Shown in pieces: positions 10,549 to 21,896 of a stretch of 64,000 bases of DNA. This DNA is from Candidatus Marinacidobacterales bacterium (GTDB taxonomy: Bacteria; Acidobacteriota; Vicinamibacteria; Marinacidobacterales; SMYC01): positions 5,280,001 to 5,344,000 of the forward strand of contig OZ250169.1 in assembly GCA_965237955.1 (NCBI GenBank), written 5' to 3'. The notes below the pieces were generated by a model. That model saw nothing but the letters and a program-made list of their open reading frames with translations, had not been told where the DNA came from and made no database searches. Numbering within the stretch: the first letter of the stretch is position 1; each line of letters opens with the position of its first letter. A program made the position numbers and the translations under genes.

Positions 10549-11635
10549 TGCCTTGGTGCACAACTCCGATAGAGGCCGAGAGCTCGCTTGGCCCCGACTC
10601 CCATCATCCGATCATCTCGCTATCAGGCATCCCGAGCGCCGTCATCGTGTTGAGAATCTTGCACCCGATCCTTGCCTCGACTCTCTGTGCCGCCAACCCT
10701 CTCGCTCGCATCGCTGAGCCCACGATAGCCTTGTAGCGATGGAACGTTGTCTCGACTTTGCTCCGTTTGCTGTAGCCCGATTCTGTGTGCCACTTTCGTT
10801 TGCCGAGCCGAGCTTGTGCTGCAATGTTGCGATTGCGCTGTCGGCTGCTCGCCGGCCCCGATGCGAGCTGGGCGCCCTTGCGCGGCGGTATCAGCACCCT
10901 CGGCGAGCAATGAGCGCTGTGATTCTCGATTGCCTCATAGACGCCGCCGGCGTCGTATGCGGTGTCAGCTCTGGCCGATGAGATGGGACTGTCGATCTGT
11001 CCGACAAGCGATGCAACCCGCGATGAATCGCGGGCTCTTTTGCTCGTCAGCTCGCCGGCGACGACTTCGCCACTCTGCTCGTCGACACACAGATGGAGCT
11101 TGCGATAGTCCCTGCTCTTTGGTGCTCTGCGCAGCTGGCCGGCGTGGACAGCGAGACCGCTGCTGTCGATCAAGATGTGCAACGGCGTCTTCTGCTTGTC
11201 TTGGTAGAAGGGGACCTTACCCAGCTTCGCCTTGCGCCTCGAGATCGTGGTGTGATCGGGCACATCATTGTCTAGCTTCATCAGAGCGAACAACGATCGC
11301 AGCAATCCCTCGCTCTGCCTAGATGACAGATGAAACACCATGCCCAGGGTGACAGCCGTCTCGATGGCGTGGTTCGAGTACTTGCGTTGACGGCCCGGTT
11401 TCCTCCTCCTCGGCCGGGGCGCGTCCCAGTTCACAAGCTTGCCGGCGGTGAGCGAGATCCAGACGGTCAGGCTCCCACGGTTGCGTAGACCCGCCTCATA
11501 TTCACGCCAATTCCTCACGCGATAGGCCTTCTTCACATACTTCCGCTGAGTGCGTTTGAAAATGCTCATGGGGAACCTCGAATCCGTGAGTAAAGGACAA
11601 TTGTGGACCGAGATCGCGAGTTGTGCACCAAGGCA
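10549..11635 (-). mobile_element. IS5-family (IS903-group-like) insertion sequence
   Basis: Perfect 18-bp terminal IRs TGCCTTGGTGCACAACTC (10549-10566 / 11618-11635) around an intact transposase; no flanking direct repeat seen. Confidence 0.9.
10604..11569 (-). CDS. IS5-family DDE transposase
   Basis: NWREYEAGLRNRGSLTVW, PDHTTISRR, IDSSG, RKLH, AD.AYD and Y..RS.VET motifs. Confidence 0.93.
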   Translation of the reverse strand: MSIFKRTQRKYVKKAYRVRNWREYEAGLRNRGSLTVWISLTAGKLVNWDAPRPRRRKPGRQRKYSNHAIETAVTLGMVFHLSSRQSEGLLRSLFALMKLDNDVPDHTTISRRKAKLGKVPFYQDKQKTPLHILIDSSGLAVHAGQLRRAPKSRDYRKLHLCVDEQSGEVVAGELTSKRARDSSRVASLVGQIDSPISSARADTAYDAGGVYEAIENHSAHCSPRVLIPPRKGAQLASGPASSRQRNRNIAAQARLGKRKWHTESGYSKRSKVETTFHRYKAIVGSAMRARGLAAQRVEARIGCKILNTMTALGMPDSEMIG

Positions 11636-12033
11636 ACGTTCCAGTGGAGTTCACGCTCTGCGAGCACCTGGAAAATGCGGTGCTCTACCAGGGCGACCAA
11701 GCGGTGAGCCTGATGCCTGTGAAGCGCATCTTTCAGTTCACCTACTATCCTCACCTGGAACGCATTGAGCCGGAGAAGACGGAGGTACGTGTGGAAGGGA
11801 TGCGCACCAACGGCGAAGATTTCACCGGCCGTCTAGCGGTGACGCCGTGGGGCATCTTTACCGCGATCGAACAAATCGATCTCGATCTGAACAAGCAACT
11901 GGCTCGCATGAAGTACAAGATCGACGTACGCTACAAAACCCGCACGTTGAAGTTCCGCTGCAGCGATTCGTGTTCACTCGGGTCGAAACCCGAGGCGGTC
12001 GCGGCCGACGCGGGGACGACGTCCTCACCGTAG
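11636..12033 (+). pseudogene. 3' part of a hypothetical protein truncated by the IS
   Basis: Coding-like open frame runs from the IS end to TAG 12033 with no native start. Confidence 0.5.
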
Positions 12034-12073
12034 ACAGTCTGGTTTTCGGCGTCGCTTGGTTTAGAATGATTGG

Positions 12074-12793
12074 ATGAGCACGCCGCCGCCACTTCCTCCG
12101 GAGAGTGGCGTAGCGCCCACCACGACACCACCTCGCCTTCCTTGGGAAGAGCGTGATCGTCTCGGCTTCGTCGAGGCGATGGTGCAGACCATCCGCCTTC
12201 TCGTGACCGACCCGGCGGACGCGTTCTCTCGGCTGCGTGCGGACGGTGACCTCACGAGCCCGATGTTTTTCGGGATCATCGTTTCCTGGATCTGCATGCT
12301 TTTGTCCCAGCTCTGGAACGTTCTCCTGTCGAACACCTTGGGAGGCGCATTGGCAGACATGGAAGGTTTGGAGCTGCTCTTTCGGGCGCCAGGAATGTTG
12401 GAGCTCATAGGCATCATGGTGCTCTGGCCGGTGATGTTCGTGGTACTCGCGTTCATAGGCGCCGGAATTCTCCATCTGTGCCTGATGATGGTCGGGGCAA
12501 TGGAGAAAACCGAGCTCGGCTTCGAAGGCACACTGAAGGTCTACATCTATGCCACGGTGTCCTGGTTCGCTTTGATCATTCCCTTTGCGGGAGGCTTTGT
12601 GACGACGCTGTGGCACGTGGTGCTGCAGGTAGTAGGCTTCGCGAAGGTGCACCGTACCAGCCAGGGCCGTTCGCTCGTCGCGGTGTTGATCCCGACGATC
12701 GTTTGTTGTCTGTGCATCATCGGCATGGGGATGCTCTTCGGCGCTGTGTTATACAAAGTGTTGGAAGAGCTCATCCAGCAGGGTGGTCTCTAG
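12074..12793 (+). CDS. YIP1 family membrane protein
   Basis: LPWEER...P..AF N-terminal motif and about 5 TM helices. Confidence 0.75.
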   Translation: MSTPPPLPPESGVAPTTTPPRLPWEERDRLGFVEAMVQTIRLLVTDPADAFSRLRADGDLTSPMFFGIIVSWICMLLSQLWNVLLSNTLGGALADMEGLELLFRAPGMLELIGIMVLWPVMFVVLAFIGAGILHLCLMMVGAMEKTELGFEGTLKVYIYATVSWFALIIPFAGGFVTTLWHVVLQVVGFAKVHRTSQGRSLVAVLIPTIVCCLCIIGMGMLFGAVLYKVLEELIQQGGL

Positions 12794-13170
12794 TGCGACG
12801 CCAGATCGCGTTTATATGGGGTGGGGTTGCCGCCGCGCTCATCGCACTCTCGCCGTGGGCGTCCGAACTCTCCGGTGGGCTTTGGGGCTGCACGTTCAAG
12901 GCGCTGACCGGATACGCGTGCCCGACGTGCGGCACGACGCGTGCGGCGCTCGCTCTCGCACGCTTCGATTTCTCGACGGCGCTGACACACTACCCGCTGC
13001 CGACGTTGGGTTGGGTCGTCTTTTTCGGCGGTGGGCTCATCGCCGCTGCCATGGCGCTGGCTGGCCGGACGCCGCCCGCCGTACCGAACCGGCTGCCGGA
13101 TTGGGCGCGCGCGGCAATCGCAGGAGCGTTGTTTCTGAACTGGATGTACTCGATTGCTACTGGCGTATGA
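12793..13170 (+). CDS. DUF2752 family membrane protein
   Basis: GTG start overlapping the upstream stop; CTFKALTGYACPTCGTTRA motif. Confidence 0.8.
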   Translation: MRRQIAFIWGGVAAALIALSPWASELSGGLWGCTFKALTGYACPTCGTTRAALALARFDFSTALTHYPLPTLGWVVFFGGGLIAAAMALAGRTPPAVPNRLPDWARAAIAGALFLNWMYSIATGV

Positions 13171-14467
13171 CGTCGTTACCTATCGCGATCAAGTGCTCGT
13201 CGGAACGGATGAACAACGTCCCTTCGGAAATCGCGGGTGAGGCCAGCGTCCGTTCTCCGAGGGTGTTTTTGGCCAGAAGCGTCGGCGGGGTGCCCGGCGC
13301 GAACACGAACGTCTCGCCGCCTTCGTTCATCAGGTAGACCTTTCTATCGCCGGCAACCGGTGATGCGGTAAACACACCGCCTAGGCGTTCACGCCACACC
13401 GGCTTGCCCGTTTCCGGGTCGACGACGGTCGCGATGCCGCCTTCCGTCGCCATGAACACCAGTCCTTCGTAGTAGAGAAGCGACGAAATGTAAGGTGCGC
13501 GCGTAGAAACGTGCCATTTCACGTGGCTGTCGTTGATGTCACCACGTCCCCCGAGACGAATCGCGGAGTACGGACCGCTCGAGTATCCGCGGCTTGCATA
13601 GAGCACACCGTCCGCGTAGACGGGCATGCCGATGGCGAGCGTCACGCGCTCGCCCGCGTGCCATAGGAGCTTGCCGTTAATAGGATCGTAGGATTCGATG
13701 CGATGGCTCGAGTTCACGATGAGCTCGTCACGGTCGCGGCTGTGAAGAACGAAAGGCGTTGAGTAAGAACGAATACCTGCGCCGCGGTCGACCTTCCACA
13801 TCTCTTTTCCGGTCGCGACGTCGAGTGCGACCATGTAGGCTCCCGACGGGTGATCGCACAGCAAAATGATGCTATTTCCGTAGAGAGCAGGCGAGCTCCC
13901 GTGACCCCACATTACGTGGAACGGCGCATAGTCGCGTCCGAGGTGGCGCTCCCACACGAGCTTTCCGTCCATCGTCAGCGCCACCAGCTGGCCCGTTCCC
14001 ATCCACGCGTAGATGCGCTCACCATCGGTCACGACGCTCGGGCTGGCGAGGTTGTGTTTTGGGTGCACCGACGGGAGGTTGTTTTTTGGCTCCAGCGCGC
14101 CGAAGCGATGCTGCCACACGGCTCGTCCATCATCGCGGTGGATCGCGTGCACGATGAACGTAACGCCGGTGGCTCCCGCGTAGTCGCGCGCCGCTACCGC
14201 TTCCGGAAACTCCGTGCCGCGACGGTCGAGGAGTCCAACGCCGACTTGTGATGTCAAGAACACGAGCTCGCCCCAAACGACAGGCGTCGACGTACCGAGC
14301 CCTTCGAGCGGTGCTTTCCAGCGGATGTTCTCGTCCGCGCTCCAGCGAGTGGGGAGGTTCTGCTCTCGCGATATCCCGTCTCTCGTGGGGCCGCGCCACT
14401 GGGGCCAGTTTTCAGCCCCGGCGCGCGTGGCGAGAACGAGACATGCGAAGGCGACGAGCCGTTTCAT
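13157..14467 (-). CDS. PQQ-binding-like beta-propeller repeat protein
   Basis: Signal peptide, ENWPQWRGP, and repeated SSP/G..LW blades. Confidence 0.88.
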   Translation of the reverse strand: MKRLVAFACLVLATRAGAENWPQWRGPTRDGISREQNLPTRWSADENIRWKAPLEGLGTSTPVVWGELVFLTSQVGVGLLDRRGTEFPEAVAARDYAGATGVTFIVHAIHRDDGRAVWQHRFGALEPKNNLPSVHPKHNLASPSVVTDGERIYAWMGTGQLVALTMDGKLVWERHLGRDYAPFHVMWGHGSSPALYGNSIILLCDHPSGAYMVALDVATGKEMWKVDRGAGIRSYSTPFVLHSRDRDELIVNSSHRIESYDPINGKLLWHAGERVTLAIGMPVYADGVLYASRGYSSGPYSAIRLGGRGDINDSHVKWHVSTRAPYISSLLYYEGLVFMATEGGIATVVDPETGKPVWRERLGGVFTASPVAGDRKVYLMNEGGETFVFAPGTPPTLLAKNTLGERTLASPAISEGTLFIRSDEHLIAIGNDVIRQ

Positions 14468-14520
14468 GCGGGAGATATTAACATCAAGGAAATTGAACCA
14501 GATCGGAGTCGACCTCGTCT

Positions 14521-14613
14521 ATGATGTTGTTCGTGGTGGCGCTTCTCGCGAGCTATCTTCCTGCGAGGCGCGCGACGCGTGTCAACCCGACGGTGGCGCT
14601 TCGTTACGAGTGA
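14521..14613 (+). pseudogene. C-terminal remnant of an ABC (MacB/ADOP-type) permease
   Basis: LFVVALLASYLPARRATRVNPTVALRYE* with no upstream gene body. Confidence 0.75.
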
Positions 14614-14981
14614 TGATTCGCTTCGGGCGGTAGCTTCTGCAGGTTTTGCTCGAGCGTATCCCGCACCGTGGAATCCATGTCGGTGAACTGGATGCCCATC
14701 CCTGCAGTTTCGGTGCCGTCGTCCAGTGGCTGTACTTCGCCTTGCCACCGCACGATGCCGTCGACCATGATCTCTTTTTCCGAGTCGTCGAAATTGAGAA
14801 TCAGGCTGACCGGTGTTCCCGTGTCCGGTCCCCGGCGCCGGGTCTTGACGAAGAGGCCTTCAGCGCTGATGTTCTGGCAGTCGGCGTCGACCGCCCGGGG
14901 CTGGCCCTTGCTGAAGTACAGAACCCGGACGCGCGCGCTGAATCGGGGCGCGTGCCGCTTGTCGACATCGTGTTCTGGCAT
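14604..14981 (-). CDS. PilZ-domain protein
   Basis: KRHAPR (RxxxR-like), NISAEG and GMGIQF motifs. Confidence 0.85.
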   Translation of the reverse strand: MPEHDVDKRHAPRFSARVRVLYFSKGQPRAVDADCQNISAEGLFVKTRRRGPDTGTPVSLILNFDDSEKEIMVDGIVRWQGEVQPLDDGTETAGMGIQFTDMDSTVRDTLEQNLQKLPPEANHHS

Positions 14982-14994
14982 GGTGTGCCGCTAA

Positions 14995-15365
14995 CTATAG
15001 CCCGAGCACGATGATGGTGTCGATTGGGTCGACCGCATCAGAGGGGACGGATAGCTCGAGCTCACCGCCGGGTCGGGTGGTGATCGCGACCTCGCGGTCG
15101 TGCCGAATAAGGTCGCTTTTTTGACGTCGAGCCCCTGGGTCCCCGGCAGCACTAGCTTCGTGGTTGCCGGCTCCAGCACGTGGACGTACAGCGTGGTGGG
15201 GGTACGGGTCATGACGCCCCAGCTCTGAGTGTAGTCGCTGACGTCCGAGTCCCACATCGCGAAGCCGTCGTGATGCTTCGACGTGATGGTGATGTAGCCA
15301 TGCCGGCTTGTTTGGCGAGGCGCACCCATTCGGCCGGATCGTAGTCGACTGGATTGAACTTGCCT
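14995..15365 (-). pseudogene. Alpha-L-fucosidase (GH29) remnant with large internal deletion
   Basis: FNPVDYDPAEWVRLAKQAGM / YITITSKHHDGFAMWDS joined directly to the C-terminal WGV.T...LYVHV segment. Confidence 0.75.
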
Positions 15366-15392
15366 TCATGTGGTGTATTCTGCCATTGAACG

Positions 15393-16571
15393 ATGAGCCA
15401 ACTCAAAAGCGGAAGAGCTCTCGGCTTTCTTGCTGTCACTTTTGCACTTGCCGTCGGCTGCTCGGACCCACCGTCGTCGCCAACGGATCCATCCACGCCA
15501 ACCCCGCCCTCGAGCGGGAGCGGACGTTTCGTCGCCGCGCAGCTCTTGGCGCTTCCGGAGTTCGCGTCGGCCATGGTGTTTACCGGAGTCGATCGGATTC
15601 TCTACACGGAGAAAGGTGGTTTCGGTGGCGTTCGCGACGCGTCGGTGCGGCTCGTGGAGGATGGTGGTCTAGCAAGCGAGCCCGTGATCACGTTCTCCGA
15701 TGTCGAGACCCGCTCCGAAAAGGGACTGCTCGGGATCACGCTCGATCCGAACTACGCCTCCAATCGTCTCGTGTATGTGTTCTACACCCACGCGCGGAGC
15801 AACCGGAACCGCGTGGTGCGGTTCCGAGACGATCGGATGGATCAAACTGCGGCCGACAGCACCATCGTGCTCGGTGAGCTCCCCACCGGCGATTGCGGCA
15901 ACCACCAAGGCGGCAACATCGCGTTCGGCCCCGACGGGATGCTCTACGTCACGATTGGGGATAACGCATGCAACCGGTGTCTGAGCCAGGACAATCGAAC
16001 CCTCGCCGGGAAGATCCTCCGCTTCACCCGCGACGGTGACGTCCCGGGCGACAATCCGTTTGCGGGAGCGGCGTTTCCCCGCTCGGCGTTTTTTGCGATG
16101 GGTCTTCGCAACAGCTTCGACTTCGCCATCCATCCACGAACGGGAGAGATCGTGGCCACGGAAAACGGCCCCACTACGAACGATGAGATCAACCACATCG
16201 TCGCTGGACAAAACTATGGCTGGCCGTTTTTTCAGTGCGCCGAAGCTCAAGGAAACGTCTGCTCGTCCGACCGGCCGAACCAGAAGCCACCTCTGCGTTG
16301 TCACGGCACGGTCATCGCACCCACAGGGATCACGTTCTACGACGGCACCGCGTACCCCGCCGAGTTCAGGGGCAGCGTGTTCTACGGCGATTTCATTACC
16401 GGAACGTTGCGACGGCTGGTCCTGTCCGACGACGCCGATACGCTCCTGACCGAGGATCAGCAGTTTCTTTCCGGCTTCGGAAGCATCATCGACATCGTCG
16501 AGGGCCCAGACGGGCTTCTCTACCTGCTCACCGACGGCGATATCCAGAGAATCGACTTCTTGGCGGATTGA
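15393..16571 (+). CDS. PQQ-dependent sugar dehydrogenase (glucose/sorbosone family) lipoprotein
   Basis: Lipobox AVGC; EKGLLGI, NHQGGNIAFGPDG, GLRN, ENGP and NYGWP motifs. Confidence 0.88.
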   Translation: MSQLKSGRALGFLAVTFALAVGCSDPPSSPTDPSTPTPPSSGSGRFVAAQLLALPEFASAMVFTGVDRILYTEKGGFGGVRDASVRLVEDGGLASEPVITFSDVETRSEKGLLGITLDPNYASNRLVYVFYTHARSNRNRVVRFRDDRMDQTAADSTIVLGELPTGDCGNHQGGNIAFGPDGMLYVTIGDNACNRCLSQDNRTLAGKILRFTRDGDVPGDNPFAGAAFPRSAFFAMGLRNSFDFAIHPRTGEIVATENGPTTNDEINHIVAGQNYGWPFFQCAEAQGNVCSSDRPNQKPPLRCHGTVIAPTGITFYDGTAYPAEFRGSVFYGDFITGTLRRLVLSDDADTLLTEDQQFLSGFGSIIDIVEGPDGLLYLLTDGDIQRIDFLAD

Positions 16572-16597
16572 CGCGACGATTTCGCGTTTAGGCCTCT

Positions 16598-19500
16598 CTA
16601 TGCCTGTAGCGCCAGCTTTTGGCGCACGGCCTTCCTGAACCGTTCCACGTTCTCGAGCTTCACGTCTTTGTAGCCGCGGATCGCATCCGGGAGCTCCGCG
16701 AGCTCCCGAGCAGTGTCGTAGCGCTCGGGCGTGAGGGAGATGAGCTCCTTCTCGATGATGGATCGATACTCGTCGATGAGCTCGCGCTCGATGCGACGCA
16801 CCTTCGCATAACCAAAGACGTCGAATGGGGTGCCGCGCAAAAACTTGAGCTTGGCGAGCGCGCGCAGTACCGGCCGAAACCAAGCTCCGAACGCCACTTT
16901 CTTTTTCATTCCCAGAGCGCGGAGGAGCGGTGGGTGCAGCAGGAGCTCCCAGCGCGCGCCTGGGCCAAACTCTCGCGCCAAAGCTTCGGTGAGCTCTGAC
17001 TTGGTGTGAAGGCGTGCGACCTCATACTCGTCTTTATAGGCCATGAGCTTGAAGAGCCCCCGCGCGACGGCTTCACTCAAGCGCGTGCCGTTTCCGACCC
17101 GCTCTCGCTCGACCTCGACCACTCGTCGTACGAAATCGACGTATCGGCGAGCGAGATCGACGTTCTGGTACTCGATGAGCTCGGAAGCACGGAAGTGTGT
17201 GAGACGCTGGAGCTCTCCGTTCGCGCCGATGCTTTGTACGAGCTCCCACGCTGGTCCGTTTCGACTCGGCTCCCCATCCATCTTGTCCATCGTGCTCGCG
17301 GGCTCGAGCGAGCCCGACGATGAAATCGTACCGAGCCACTCGGGATCCGCGGCCGCGCGTCGGCCGAGTGCAAAGGCCTTACGGTTCACCTCGGCGGCGA
17401 CGCCGTTGAGCTCGATTGCCTTCTCCACGCTCCATTTTTCTAGAGGGAGAAGTCCTTGCCGGTAGGCGGCGCCGAGAATAATCACGTTCGCGGGCATGTG
17501 ATCCCCGAAAAAGTGCTCGGCGAGTGCAACCGCATCGAGGTAGACGTTGTCCTGGAAACGCGTGTGCGCGTCGATGCGCTTCGCGAGCGTATCGAGCTCG
17601 GGAAAAGCCTCGTCGATGTGGGTGACCATGCGGCCCGTGGGGATGCGACTCGTCGAAATCACGGCGACGGTTTTGTCGGGGCGCGCGTGGGCGAGATGCT
17701 CGGGCGAGGCTGACGACAGAACATCGAAGCCGAGAAAGACGTCGGCTTCGCCGGCAGCGACGCGATTCGACACGTTCCTCGCGTGGTCGACAATCTTTAG
17801 ATGCGATACGACCGGCCCGCCTTTCTGGCTCAGGCCGGTCTGGTCCACGCCGACGACGTCTTTGCCTTCCAGAACGGCAGCGGTCGCGAGGAGTTGATTC
17901 GCGGTGACGACGCCCGTGCCCCCGATCCCCACCATGTAGATGTTAGCTTGCTTGGTTTTTAGCTCGGGCCGGGGTAGCTGGACGTCTTCGAGCGCGGGCA
18001 TGGAACGGCTCGGCGGTCCTTCGCCGGGGATGACGCGAACGAACGACGGACAGTCGCCGTCGATGCACGAGTAGTCTTTGTTGCACGACGCTTGGTGCAC
18101 GCGGGTCTTCCGGCCGAGCTCGGTCTCGACGGGAAAGAGGCTCAAGCAGTTCGACTTGACGCCGCAATCACCGCAACCTTCGCACACCGCTTCGTTGATG
18201 AAAATGCGCTCCGGCGGCTCCGGCGCTTGCCCGCGACGGCGCTTTCTCCTGAGATCCGCAGCGCAGTGCTGGTCGTACACGAGAACCGTCGTCCCGGTTG
18301 TGTCGCGCAGGAGCTTCTGGGCTTCCTCGAGCCGGTCACGATGCCACGCGTCGACGCCTGCGAGCTTCGACGGCTCGTCGCTCAAAACGAGCGTTTTCTT
18401 CACGCCTTCGGCTTCGAGCGTGCGGACCAATTCCGGAATCGGCATCGCGCCGTCGATTTCTTGCGCTCCGGTCATCGCGACCGCGCCGTTGTAGAGAATC
18501 TTGAAGGTGATGTTCGCGCCCGAGGCGACCGCCTGGCGAATCGCCAGAGTTCCCGAATGAAAGAGCGTGCCGTCGCCCAGGTTTTGGAACAAGTGGGGCA
18601 CGTCGGTGAACGGTGCCATCCCGACCCACTGGATCCCTTCGCCGCCCATGTGGGTGATCCCGACCGTGGATCGATCCATCATCATCGCCATTGCGTGACA
18701 GCCGATCCCGGCACCGGCGATGGAGCCCTCTGGAACTGTCGTCGAGCGGTTGTGAGGGCAGCCCGAGCAGAAGTGAAACAGTCGTTGGGTCTCGAGCGGA
18801 AGCTCGGATTGTTCGCGGACATAACCGAGCACGCCCAGTCTCGGTGCCAGTCGCTCGGCGGAAACGTGTGGCGGGAGACGTTGCGCGAGAACGTCGGTGA
18901 CCGAGTCGGCGTCGAGCTCGCCGGGTGCGGCGACGAGCGGTCGCCCCTCCTCGTCGTGCTTGCCGAGGATCCGCGGCCGCACGCTCACGTTGTAGAGCGT
19001 TTCTTTCAGGAAGAGCTCGAGAAACGACCTCTTTTCCTCGATCACGAGGATCTCGTCGAGCCCGTGAGCGAACTCCTTCACCGTTTCGGGGTCGAGAGGA
19101 AACGGCATACCGACTTTGAGGAGTCGAATGCCGTGCTCGCGTAGAGCGTCGTCGTCGAGACCGAGATTCGCGAGCGCTTCGCGCACGTCGAAATAAGTTT
19201 TCCCCGGCGCGGCGATGCCGAGACGGTCTTGGGGCGTGGCGACGACGGTTCGGTTCAGCCCGTGGGCGCGGGCAAACGCTTTGGCCGCTTCGAGCCGTCC
19301 GAGATAGATCTCCCGCTCCAAGCCCAAGCTTACGGGTGCGGCCAGGAAAACGCTCTGTGTGGCTCTCCAGGGTTTGCCGCCGACCTCGAAATGAGGATCG
19401 ACGATCTGAATTCGATCCGGACCCACCTCCGCCGTACCGAAGCCGTCGGCGACGGCGGTGGCCATCTTGAAACCGACCCAAAGCCCGCTGTAGCGAGAAA

Positions 19501-20055
19501 GCTCGACCCGAGCCGTCCGAGATCCAAAACTTCTTGGACGTTGCCCGGACACACGACGGGCATGAGCGCATCGTAGAAGGCTGCTTCGGACTGCGAGGGA
19601 AGCGTCGACGATTTCGCAGTGGCGTCGTCTCCGGCGATCGCGAGAACACCTCCGGTACGGGCGACACCGGCGAAGTTGGCGTGCTTGAAAACGTCTCCGC
19701 AGCGATCGACGCCGGGCGCTTTTCCGTACCACAGGCCTATTACACCGTCGTACTTCGCCCGGGGGAACAGCCCGGTGAGCTGGCTGCCAAAGACGGCGGT
19801 GGCGCCCAAGTCTTCGTTGACCCCTGGCAGAAAGCGAATCTCGTGCTCTTTCAGGAATCGGCTGTTGCGCTGGAGCTCGAGGTCGAGCCCGCCGAGAGGC
19901 GAACTTCGATAACCCGATATCAATGTCGCGGTGCGAAGGCCGGCTTTCCGGTCGGCGCGGTGTTGGTCCATCGGGAGACGCACCAACGCTTGCACACCGG
20001 ACAGCAGGATGGTGCCGTCTTCCGTTGTGTATTTCGAGTCTAGGGAGAACTCCAC
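16598..20055 (-). CDS. Indolepyruvate ferredoxin oxidoreductase family protein (single chain), one frameshift near 19507
   Basis: SGVQALVRLP N-terminus in one frame; FCSGCPHN, GDGT, CEGCGDC and MAYKDEYEVARL in another. One missing base: pseudogene or sequencing error. Confidence 0.88.
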
Positions 20056-20056
20056 A

Positions 20057-20732
20057 TCAACTCGCCTGCGGAGCCTCCTCCCGCGCCTTCGCCTTCATGA
20101 CCAACGCAGCGACACCTCCCGAAAGGCTGCCGATGACCAACGTGAACATGATCCAAAAGCTGTACTTGCGGCACCGCGCCAATGAAGAACCACTTCGCGA
20201 GGGGGCTCATCTCCGGAAGGCCGCCTGGTGGTGGGACGTCGTAGTGCGTGCCCCAGTCCCCGAAAATGGCGACGAGCATCACGATGGCGACAGGAATGCG
20301 CACCGCAAAGGCGTAGGCCAGGAGTGTTTTGAACAGCTCCGGCCAGGCGATGCGCTGGAGCGCGATCCCGACCCCTGCACCTATTAACGTCATCAGAATG
20401 GCGGCGGGATCGGTCGGCCCTCGATTGATGAAAGGAACCATGACAGCCATTCCTGCGATGGCGCCGATCACCGCGAACGCGACCACTTTGAGGTTGCCGT
20501 GCGGGGTGTATCCGTCGCGGATGAGCCTCATCGCGAAGTACACGCCAAAGACGGGCACGAGCCACGAAATTCCGATGAGGGAGCCGCCCCCACCTGCCTC
20601 GCGGCTGAAGAGCGAAGGCGACCAGTTGTTGAGCTCGCCCACGAGCCTCAGGATGGTGACGGCAAAGCTGATAATCGCCGGTACGAGGATGAGCTGCTTG
20701 ATGTTAGGGCCCGAATTGGGCGCGGTTGCCAT
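20057..20732 (-). CDS. Hypothetical membrane protein (frameshift near 20165)
   Basis: About 6 TM helices and a WGTHYD motif; the last helix continues in a shifted frame. Confidence 0.6.
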
Positions 20733-20804
20733 GCTACATCTCCTATGAAAGCTGCCGGAGCGGAATTCTATCGTTGGGAGCTGCGGATAGCTATACTCAA
20801 CCGT

Positions 20805-21808
20805 ATGGCCCTTACGGCGGGATCCCGGCTCGGTAATTACGAAGTGCTCGCCCCCATTGGCGTCGGCGGGATCGAGGAAGTCTACCGCGCCCGCGATACG
20901 AAGCTCGGCTCCTAGCCAAACTAAATCACCCCAACATCGCGACGCTCTACGGGCTCGAAGAATCTGACGGGGCACATTGTCTATTCCCGCGAGAGGGTCA
21001 TCTGGGTCGCGCGATTCGACGTCGAGAGCCTCGAGGTCCGGGGAGAGTCGGTTCGAATTCTAGAAGATGTCTCCACTCCGTTTGACTTGTCGACGCAGCT
21101 TACGTTCTCCAACGACGGAACGCTGGCGTATGTCTCGGAGCAACTCAAAGAAGAGGCGATCTGGACGAGTCCCGTGTGGGTCGGACGCGACGGAAGCATG
21201 GAGCTCGTGGCGGAGCTCTTCGATAAGCGGTACCAAGATCCGCGTCTTTCGCCCGACGGGCGGCAACTCCTCCTTTCGTCGTATTCGGCCACCGAGACGT
21301 TGTTGGTTTGGATGCTCGAGCTTCAAAAGAGCGTTCTGGGCGCCCTCGGGTGACGAGGTGGTGTTCGGATCTAGGCGAAATGGCCAGATGAACATCTATC
21401 TCGAGCCCGTGGACGGAGCGCGGTCGGCGGAGGCGCTGAGCTCCGGAGCACACCGTGCGCCCACGTCGATCTCCCCGGATGGAAAAACGATTTTGTTCCG
21501 GACATTCTCCACACAAGGCGACCACGATATTGGCGCGCTCATGCTGGAACGCGATGACGGGCGGGAATTGATTCTTCATACCAAGTTCGATGAGCACAGA
21601 GCGATGTTCTCCCCGAACGGACGGTGGATTGCTTACGTTTCCAACGAATCTGGTAGGGACGAGGTTTACGTCCGAAGTTTCCCCGAGCTTCAGAACCACA
21701 CGCCTGTCTCCACGCATGATGTTGCAGACGCGCGCAGGAACGGACGCGCCGCAGGAGATCGCCGTCGTCCTCAGTTGGTTCGAGGAATTGAAACGGCTGG
21801 TTCCATGA
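20805..21808 (+). pseudogene. Ser/Thr protein kinase with TolB-like PD40 repeats, heavily deleted
   Basis: MALTAGSRLGNYEVLAPIG.GG..EVYRARDTKLG, LNHPNIATLYG, SPDG repeats and terminal WFEELKRLVP*; stops and frameshifts. Confidence 0.85.
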
Positions 21809-21823
21809 GCGGGCGCGACTCGA

Positions 21824-21839
21824 CTCCGTCTAGACGGAG
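21824..21839. repeat. REP-like palindrome, target site 1
   Basis: CTCCGTC-TA-GACGGAG; continues as CGGAGTTC after the IS. Confidence 0.8.
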
Positions 21840-21896
21840 GACGTGATAAAAAATTAAGCTTGACTAGCGGTACAGCTATGTTATAGAGTGACCAGC

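Noticed and set aside
19490-19520. Two-subunit IorA/IorB split or regulatory frameshift
   Set aside because: The break falls mid-domain with no internal start or slippery site; a single-base loss or sequencing error is simpler.
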